Origin: Trypanosoma brucei
Lineage: Eukaryota
Direction: 5' to 3'
DNA length: 64,000 nt
Assembly (NCBI GenBank): GCA_000002445.1
Contig: CM000207.1
Location: 2,560,001 to 2,624,000 of the forward strand
The notes beneath the pieces were generated by a model. The model did not search any database. It was given only the letters and a program-made list of their open reading frames with translations, and had not been told where the DNA came from. The translations under genes were made by a program, and so were the position numbers. Below are positions 57,410 through 64,000 of the stretch, one piece after another. The number at the start of each line of letters is the position of its first letter. Within the stretch, counting starts at the first letter, position 1.

Positions 57410-57700
57410 AACAAAGTAACAAAAGCAGGAGAAATAAGAGACGATTTGTCATTGGCAATAAAACTGGGATCCTTGCACTCTTTTCCATCCCATTTACAGT
57501 TGCTGTCCTTTTCACAAGCTTGTCGATTAGTGCCATGTCTGGTGCACTTATATTTCTTCTCATCTTTCCCTCCTTCTTTTGCTGCTTCTTTTTATAATTG
57601 TTTTTTGCCTTCCCCACCCAATGTGCACTTTTTACTTTCGTTTCCTTTTAGATTGAAAACGCAGCCCCGACAGTTGAGCGGCTTTAGACGTCTGCTGGTA
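57410..57700 (-). pseudogene. VSG C-terminal-domain fragment (5'-truncated)
   Basis: The minus strand encodes ...RQACEKDSNCKWDGKECKDPSFIANDKSSLISPA.., a Cys-rich C-terminal domain plus part of the GPI-signal region. Only about 0.3 kb is present. Confidence 0.5.
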
Positions 57701-58047
57701 GGGACGGATCTGGAAGTCGTTCCTTAACTGCTGATCGTAATAATCTCCTAGCTTCGAATAACTCTCTTTTTAGATTATTTATGCTTTAAAAGCAATTCGT
57801 TTCGCGCAGCTACACTGCCACGCGCCAGCGTTAAAAACATATATTTTTAAGCCTGGCGCAACTCGAAATGCAGACCGGAAATTCACAAAAGAATAAAAAG
57901 TAGTATCGTAACAATGTAGAAATAAAATAAATAGGTGAAAAATGTGAAGGAAAAGTTGCCTACTCTCTGAAGAACCGCAAGCCATAATATAAAAAATAGC
58001 CGCTGCATCATTATTAAAAAATTTAAAAAGGTGAAAAGGAAAAAGTA

Positions 58048-58130
58048 ACCCTAACCGCATGACCCTAATCCTAAGCCTAAGTCTGGAAATCCTCTCTAAC
58101 CTCCCTAACCCCTACAACTAACCTACCTTC
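58048..58130 (-). repeat. Degenerate telomere-like (CCCTAA = TTAGGG on minus) tract
   Basis: ccctaaccgcatgaccctaatcctaagcctaagtctgg...ctaacctccctaacccctac. On the minus strand the reverse complement of 58028-58053 reads ggttagggttactttttcc.., similar to the GGGTTAGGGTTAATTTTCC junction of the plus-strand tracts. Confidence 0.7.
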
Positions 58131-58248
58131 CTACACAAAAAAAGTTCGAAAAGAGAAGAAAAAAGGAAGAAATTCTTTAGCCATCAGAAAACAAAATTTT
58201 ACACGCGCAGAAATTCAAAATAAGTTAATTATTTTAAAGTTTATTCAG

Positions 58249-58264
58249 TTGTTAAAATATATCA
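58249..58264 (-). promoter_or_regulatory. VSG 3'UTR 16-mer variant (minus)
   Basis: Reverse complement of gttgttaaaatatatca = tgatatattttaacaac. Confidence 0.8.
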
Positions 58265-58314
58265 GAAGTTTTCAAATAGCAAGGAAAATTTTAAAAAGAG
58301 GGGGGTAATTTCTT

Positions 58315-59889
58315 TTAAAAAAGCAAAGCCACAAATGCAGCAGAAACCACGCTGAGGGTGAATTGTTTGCTTAGGAGGAAACTAGAATCGCGGCATTTAA
58401 CTTTGTCCTTTTCATCCTCGTTATCTTTTCCGCTTCTCCAACCACAAACTTTGGTAGTCTTACCTTCATTGGCCTTCTCACAGGTCGACTGGTCTTTATG
58501 ATCGGAGCATTTGACGCCATCGCCGGTTGTCCCTCCAGTTTGAGTTTGTGTTACAGGGATACCCTTTTCTTTAGCTTTTGTCGAATTAAATTTGCACTTT
58601 TTTGTCCCATCAGTTTTTGTTTCGTAACTGCATTTTGGATCAGCATTACATTTTTCTACCTCGGCAATGCTGTTGCAGTGGATTTGGTTTTTCGTGCTTT
58701 CATCGTCTTTTTGTTCATCTGACTTTGAAGTTTTTAGCTTTGTGTTTTCGTTTTTTAGCTGCAGTATCAGTGCGCCTTCTATCTGCTGAAACTTGTGTGT
58801 ATCGACAATGCTCCTGAGTTTAGTTTTTGCATTGACTCCGGCAATCTTCTCCGGCAGCTGCGCTTCGTTTGCCCTGTGTAGGAGATTATTTATGCTCGTG
58901 CCAGTCGGTTTTGGGAATACAGCTAGTACCGCAGTCTCAGGCTGCCCTGCTGCTCCCTCCTGTCCATTATGCAGCGTGTTGGTTATTGCTGCTTGTAGCT
59001 CGCTTGTTGCTTCCGCGCCTTCGGTTGCGTTGGGTTTCGTTTCTTGCTCTGCGCTGTCGAGGGCCTGTAGCTTGTGCCACGCATGCTGGTACATGTTTCC
59101 TGTTTTCGTCGCTGTGCTTGACCCTTTTTTGATTTCTACTGTTTTTATCTGTTTGTCGTCTTTGTTTACTACCCACAGGCCGCCGCCTAGCTCTAAGTCG
59201 GCGTCCAGTTTCGCTGCGCCGAAACCTGCGCCGTCTACTGTTAGCAATTTGCACGTTTTGTCTCCGCCGCTGCCGGCCAGATCGGCTTTGGCCGTTGTTG
59301 CGTGACTGCTCTTCCATCCGTTTGCGTCCATTACTTCATCCAGGTTTTCGTAGGTGTCGAGTACTGGTGGTTCCAGCTTCCGAGAGCAAGGTGTTTCTCC
59401 GATCTTTGCTGGGCCGTGCGCCGCTAGAGTCCCACTGTCGTCCGTCAGAAGGCATCCGTTGCTTGTTGTTTTCGCTTGCGCTAGAATGTTTAGTGCTTCG
59501 TCGGCTCGACCTTTTACGTAGATGCTGCTCGCCACGGCGTCGATTGTGGTGTCAACTAAAGTGGTCTTCAACAGATTGTCATTTAAGTCGGCGAGTCTGC
59601 TGTACCAGGCAGCTAAAACCACTGCGGCCTTGGACTCTTGCGCTTCTTCTGCCAGCAGCGCGTAAACGCCGAGTTTTGCTGCCGCGAGTCGCTGGCCTTG
59701 TGTTGTTGTTATTAATGCCCTTAGTCTTAGCTTTGAATTTGAAGGTACTTTGTTAAGAGCTTCTGCTAGTTGGCATACGGGCTGCCAAGCCGCGGCTTTG
59801 AGGCTATCGCCTGCGGCTGCTGCTGCCTTTTCCGCTGACAGTGGTAGCATAATCGCTAGCGCCGCTAGTAGCAAGCATGATAGCGTCAT
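58315..59889 (-). CDS. VSG, intact ORF (ORF open from 59967; the likely start is M at about 59889)
   Basis: MTLSCLLLAALAIMLPLSAEKAAAAAGDSLK... The C-terminus ...CGWRSGKDNEDEKDKVKCRDSSFLLSKQFTLSVVSAAFVALLF* is a canonical Cys-rich domain plus GPI signal. Confidence 0.85.
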   Translation of the reverse strand: MTLSCLLLAALAIMLPLSAEKAAAAAGDSLKAAAWQPVCQLAEALNKVPSNSKLRLRALITTTQGQRLAAAKLGVYALLAEEAQESKAAVVLAAWYSRLADLNDNLLKTTLVDTTIDAVASSIYVKGRADEALNILAQAKTTSNGCLLTDDSGTLAAHGPAKIGETPCSRKLEPPVLDTYENLDEVMDANGWKSSHATTAKADLAGSGGDKTCKLLTVDGAGFGAAKLDADLELGGGLWVVNKDDKQIKTVEIKKGSSTATKTGNMYQHAWHKLQALDSAEQETKPNATEGAEATSELQAAITNTLHNGQEGAAGQPETAVLAVFPKPTGTSINNLLHRANEAQLPEKIAGVNAKTKLRSIVDTHKFQQIEGALILQLKNENTKLKTSKSDEQKDDESTKNQIHCNSIAEVEKCNADPKCSYETKTDGTKKCKFNSTKAKEKGIPVTQTQTGGTTGDGVKCSDHKDQSTCEKANEGKTTKVCGWRSGKDNEDEKDKVKCRDSSFLLSKQFTLSVVSAAFVALLF

Positions 59890-60751
59890 TTTTTGTCTAG
59901 TGTTCCTTCTTGTATTATTTCTGGAGGCTTGAAGTGAACAAGGAGCTGTGTTTGGTGTAGAAAACATGACTTATGCCTAAGTATGCAGTGCTGGTCACAG
60001 TTATAGTCGACGTTGGTGGTGCGTTCCTTCTGCTTATGTTAGTTGCTTAGATTTTCGCCGCTTGCCCTGGCAACAGCTTAGTTTCTGCAGTCCCGCGCTT
60101 TGTTTTTTAGGTGCGTTACATAGGTTTGCGCATGGAACTGATGCCTTCTCTTTTTTACATTAGAGCTATTATTGATTGGTCCCTTTCCGCAGGTTGCTTT
60201 GCAAGTTCGAGTCGTTTACAAAATTCTAGTCAACCTTTTTGGCTTATCCATCACACATCTTCTCTATTACTGGTTATATTCAAGTGAAAATCAACGCCTA
60301 CTTCATCTTTAGACACTTGCCTCGGCGACGTTAAACATAATTTCTCCAGATAATTAACAGTTAAAGTTAATGAAATCATCTATGCAGTAGCGTATATTCA
60401 TTTTAAAGTAAAATGTGAAGAATCATCAGTGAGTCATTCTGAAGTATCACTTTTCTTTGTCTGCGCTGTTTTGATGCGTATGAACTGGTGACCACATTTG
60501 CCAGCAAACCAAACTCTGTCTTCATTTCAATATTCCTTGCTTCATCTCTTTGTATGTACGGACCACTGTCATTAATTTACTTTTTGAAACTGCGTGTATG
60601 CCATCTCACTCCATCCTTCTTTATCTTTCTGCTTTTACTTTAATATCATTGGCACATTTCTTTTCTTTTACTCCTTTACCTACTATCATTTCACCCTTAC
60701 CATCATTTTTAAACGCTTTCCTTTTTTGCCGTATAGTAAGGTATTAACACC

Positions 60752-60830
60752 ACACTTATTATAATATTCGTATATACACACTCACAATACTCTCCTGTTA
60801 TTATCATCATTATAGTCCTCACTATTGTCC
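60752..60830 (-). repeat. VSG 70-bp repeat (minus), about 1 unit
   Basis: Reverse complement of cacttattataatattcgtatatacacactcacaatactctcctgttattatcatcattatag. Confidence 0.8.
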
Positions 60831-61040
60831 ATATAATAAACATAATAAAACAAATTAGAATGACTTGCGTTTTCCGTACTTACCATTATTCTACTTTGCA
60901 CCCGTACGCCGCTTTCGTACCAAAATTTATATTTTCATAAATTTCCACGAAGTTTCACATTTCGAATGAAAAATATTAGATTGTAAAAAATTTAAGAAAT
61001 TTCAGAGAATTTTCTCAAAATAGAATATTTTTTAAATATT

Positions 61041-62591
61041 TCATAAGATTGAGAAAAGATTTTTAAAATTCGAAAATTCTACCAATCCCTTAAAAGCAGT
61101 GTCCATACTCAGAGCCATTTTCTTATCGACGAGAAAACTGGAATATTTGTAATTTTCACCTTTCCACTTACAATCCATTGATTTGCAGTCTTCTTGTTGT
61201 TTCCCTGCACATTTCTCCTCTTTAATTCCATCATCTTTTTCTTCTACTTGTTTTGGCTTGTAATCAAGATCCTTTACGCACTTCTTATTGTCGCCTTCGC
61301 CGTCCCATTTGCAGCCATCTTTGTAGTTATCTTCTGTTCCTTTCTTTTCGCACGTTTCATCTGTTTCTTGCTGCTTTTGCTCTTGGCGAACTGCAGTGCA
61401 TGCCTGTTCCCTATTATTCTGAGACACTTTACTTAGATATAGCAGTATTGTTTCGTACTGAGCATCGGTTTCGAGGTTTTCTAGTTTGTTGTAGCTGAGC
61501 TCTAGCTCCCATTCTTTCGGTAGCTTTATTGTTTCTTTGTTGACCTTGTCGAGGTATGTGTTCTTGAAACTGTCGGCATCAGATCCTATAATACCCTTTA
61601 CTTTGCTTTCAAGCGCGCTGTCGGCGTTAATCTCTTGGTTTGTTCGTCTTTTTTTCTGCAGCTTTATGTCTGTCGCTGCTTTCACTGCTTCTGATGTAAG
61701 AGCCGCTGTGTAGAGCGCTACGTGAGTTGTTGCTGGGTCATCTGCTTTATGCACGTCGAAGTCCTTCAACTTTTTTTGAGTATTTTCGAAAACGCTTTGG
61801 TCTGCCGCTGATGAAAGGTTGGTTAGTTTGGCTATTTGTATGTTGTTGGAGGTTACGTGTATGGCGCCGCCGGCAACTAAAAGCTTGTTGCCGGTATAGC
61901 CTGCTCCGGTTAGGTCCGCATCACTGGCGTGCTGTAACAATTTGCAGCATGTTTGGCTGTAGGTGGCAGCGTTGCCGAGGGTTTTGATGTTGTTAAATCC
62001 GGTAAAATCTTGTCCTCGAAGAATCGGCTTCGCCGGTGGTTCAGTTGTTACTATTTCTGTTGTTTCACAGCCTGGCAATTGTTCTGCGATCGTGGTGAAC
62101 GTTGCTGTTCCACTTAATGCGTCTTTGTTGATGATACAGTTGTTGTTGGTTGTCCCTCCCGGCGTTACGCCGGCCACTAGCGCTATAAAATCGTCGATTA
62201 TGCCGGCTGCTAGTCCTGCCTGTACCGCTAGCACAGTTCCTTTAGATGCCATGGTTAGTAATTTTCGTGTTGCTGCTTCTTGCAGCTTTTGTGCTTCAGT
62301 GGCCAGTGCGAGAGCAATTCGTGCATCATCATCGTCTGTGCGCGTCTTTGAATAGACAACCAACTTTCGGGCTAGCTGTGTTATGCTATCCGTGTAAGTC
62401 GCTTGCTGATTGAGCTTCTGCTTAACGTAAAGCGCTGTAGTTTTGAGCTGCCCTGATAGGCCGCAGAGAGGCTTAATTTCTGTGGCAAGTAGTGGGTGCT
62501 TTGACGTATGAGCTGCGGATCGGTTTGATAAAGCCCCGCAAACGGCGATCAGAATTGCCGTTCGGATACCGCTTGATTGAAGTAAAGCCAT
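61041..62591 (-). CDS. VSG-like 516-aa ORF, intact, with an atypical C-terminal tail
   Basis: Signal MALLQSSGIRTAILIAVCGALSNRSAA. Cys-rich C-terminal domain ...CEKKGTEDNYKDGCKWDGEGDNKKCVKD...CKSMDCKWKGENYKYSSFLVDKKMALSMDTAFKGLVEFSNFKNLFSIL*. The tail is longer and more charged than a standard GPI signal. Confidence 0.7.
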   Translation of the reverse strand: MALLQSSGIRTAILIAVCGALSNRSAAHTSKHPLLATEIKPLCGLSGQLKTTALYVKQKLNQQATYTDSITQLARKLVVYSKTRTDDDDARIALALATEAQKLQEAATRKLLTMASKGTVLAVQAGLAAGIIDDFIALVAGVTPGGTTNNNCIINKDALSGTATFTTIAEQLPGCETTEIVTTEPPAKPILRGQDFTGFNNIKTLGNAATYSQTCCKLLQHASDADLTGAGYTGNKLLVAGGAIHVTSNNIQIAKLTNLSSAADQSVFENTQKKLKDFDVHKADDPATTHVALYTAALTSEAVKAATDIKLQKKRRTNQEINADSALESKVKGIIGSDADSFKNTYLDKVNKETIKLPKEWELELSYNKLENLETDAQYETILLYLSKVSQNNREQACTAVRQEQKQQETDETCEKKGTEDNYKDGCKWDGEGDNKKCVKDLDYKPKQVEEKDDGIKEEKCAGKQQEDCKSMDCKWKGENYKYSSFLVDKKMALSMDTAFKGLVEFSNFKNLFSIL

Positions 62592-63261
62592 TTTTGAGTG
62601 GGTTTGTGTCCCTGCCTTGTGCTAAAGATGTTGCGGGCTCGCTTCGGACGTCTTTTCCAAAAGAGGTGGTCGGAAAATAAAAAAATTTTACCATTTGTCT
62701 TTAAACTAGCACCTGATATCGGTACTGGGCCTTGCCTTTGTTGACTGCAACTCCACTTGGCTTCACATGACAAGTATCTTCTGTATTAATCGAAGAATAT
62801 GACCTGCAGCGGCTTAAAGTAGCATCCACTACTAAAGTAAAAACCACATTTGTCATCATATCTACAGTTTCAATCATCCAATTTATAAAAAAGAGGCACC
62901 ATTTGCGCCTCTTCCTGTATCATTTTCTGTTTTGCTGTACTTTTTAGTGACATATTCTGTCACTTCATTCCATATTTTCTTTCATTTTTTTCTTCTTTCA
63001 CTGCTTCTGCTGATAATATAGCAAACTCACTTGCCTTGTGCAATACACTCTGTCTCTCTCATTATCTGCTGCATCATTTCCTATATTATTATGAAGTCTA
63101 TCGTCATATTTGTGTATGTAAATGCTCATATTACATTTTCCTCTCCCTTTTCCTGCACTTTCTTCAATATAATCAACAGTGCTCTCCCATCCATTTACAT
63201 ACATTGCGTTTTGTTATAGGCATAAGTGCCTATACTTTGTCCGTCAACTGCTGCTTAACCA

Positions 63262-63350
63262 CCACTTTTATTATAATATTGGTATACACACACTCACAAC
63301 ACTCTCCTATTATTATTATTATCATTATCATTATTATTATTATTATACTC
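63262..63350 (-). repeat. VSG 70-bp repeat (minus), 1-2 units
   Basis: Reverse complement of cttttattataatattggtatacacacactcacaacactctcctattattattattatcattatcattattattattattat. Confidence 0.8.
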
Positions 63351-63513
63351 TTTACTGTTATGACCCTAAATATTATACAAACAGAATTGGATTTTTTAAA
63401 TAACAATCATCTTTCATACCATATTATCATACTATTTTAAACCATGGGACACTGTTATTCATAGTTTACGCAAATTGAAAAAAATTCATTAACTTTCACA
63501 TTTTCATCAAAAA

Positions 63514-63529
63514 GTGTTAACATATAACA
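63514..63529 (-). promoter_or_regulatory. VSG 3'UTR 16-mer variant (minus)
   Basis: Reverse complement of gtgttaacatataaca = tgttatatgttaacac. Confidence 0.6.
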
Positions 63530-63639
63530 AAATGTAGCAATATTAATAAATTTCTCATAAAAATAGCAAATATTCATAAAATTCATAAATTTGAGTAAAT
63601 ATGTTTTTAAAAAATTGATGCTAGAAGCAAAACTGCAAG

Positions 63640-64000
63640 CAAAAGAGGTGCATTCTTTATTAGAACGGAATTTATTCCTGTAGTTTTGTGGTTTTGCCAT
63701 CTTTTCCTCCTGTTTCTTGGTTTGCTTCTTTTGCTGATTCCCTTTTGGCTTTCTCACTCAATGTGCACTTTTTGCCCTCGGCTCCATTTTCTTTGAAAAC
63801 GCACCCCTTGTGTTCCAGTTTTTTACAGGCTTCTTGGTCGTCTTTTGCTTCATTGCATTTTTGACTTGTGGCAGCCAGCTGCTTGGTGCTGTCGTCTGCA
63901 TCTCTTTGCGGAATGTTCTGCTAATTCAACGGCTCTTCGCCTGTTGCTATGTTTGCCAGTGTTGTGTTTAATGCCACCAGTGCTATTTCTAGCCTGCTTA
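63640..64000 (-). pseudogene. VSG 3' portion (C-terminal domain); the gene continues beyond the window end and its intactness is unknown
   Basis: The minus strand encodes ...KCNEAKDDQEACKKLEHKGCVFKENGAEGKKCTLSEKAKRESAKEANQ... It is related to the C-terminal domains of the VSGs at 17270 and 25651 (the KKCTLSEE motif). Confidence 0.5.

Noticed and set aside
4631-63350. The regularly spaced short repeats (70-bp repeats) could look like a CRISPR array or prokaryotic repeat-spacer structure.
   Set aside because: The units are AT-rich, (TAA/TGA)n-containing 70-bp VSG repeats with no unique spacers between them and no cas genes. The whole window is trypanosome subtelomere (VSGs, ingi).

Overview
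This window is eukaryotic, not prokaryotic. It reads as a Trypanosoma brucei-type subtelomeric VSG (variant surface glycoprotein) array containing ingi non-LTR retrotransposons. Sequence-level hallmarks are: many VSG genes and pseudogenes; the 70-bp repeat upstream of VSG cassettes; the conserved VSG 3'UTR 16-mer (TGATATATTTTAACAC and variants) about 80-100 nt after the VSG stops; and three ingi copies with the hallmark N-terminal 2A-like motif (MLLSGDVEENPGP) plus endonuclease, RT, RNase H and C2H2 zinc-finger regions. Two of the ingi copies are full length with one uninterrupted ORF; the third is partial with a frameshift and a nonsense codon. There is also a degenerate ingi-related element (DIRE) on the minus strand. 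The window has two VSG arrays in convergent orientation. A plus-strand array (about 4.6-27 kb) holds 7 VSGs or pseudogenes plus one VSG fragment. A minus-strand array (64 kb down to about 39.8 kb) holds at least 8 VSGs or fragments and one glycosyltransferase-like pseudogene. The strand switch between them coincides with a retroelement cluster: a minus ingi fragment, a plus full ingi and the minus DIRE. I see no CRISPR, rRNA, tRNA or prokaryote-style defence system. The main findings are: a recurring module in which a VSG is followed by a degenerate TTAGGG tract, a conserved T-rich element and then a 5'-truncated VSG piece; element junctions lacking or retaining target-site duplications (TSDs); ingi and DIRE insertions that disrupt a VSG coding end and a VSG 3'UTR; and apparently intact VSG ORFs with atypical C-terminal GPI-signal regions. 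All coordinates are approximate (about ±10 nt for non-ORF features).
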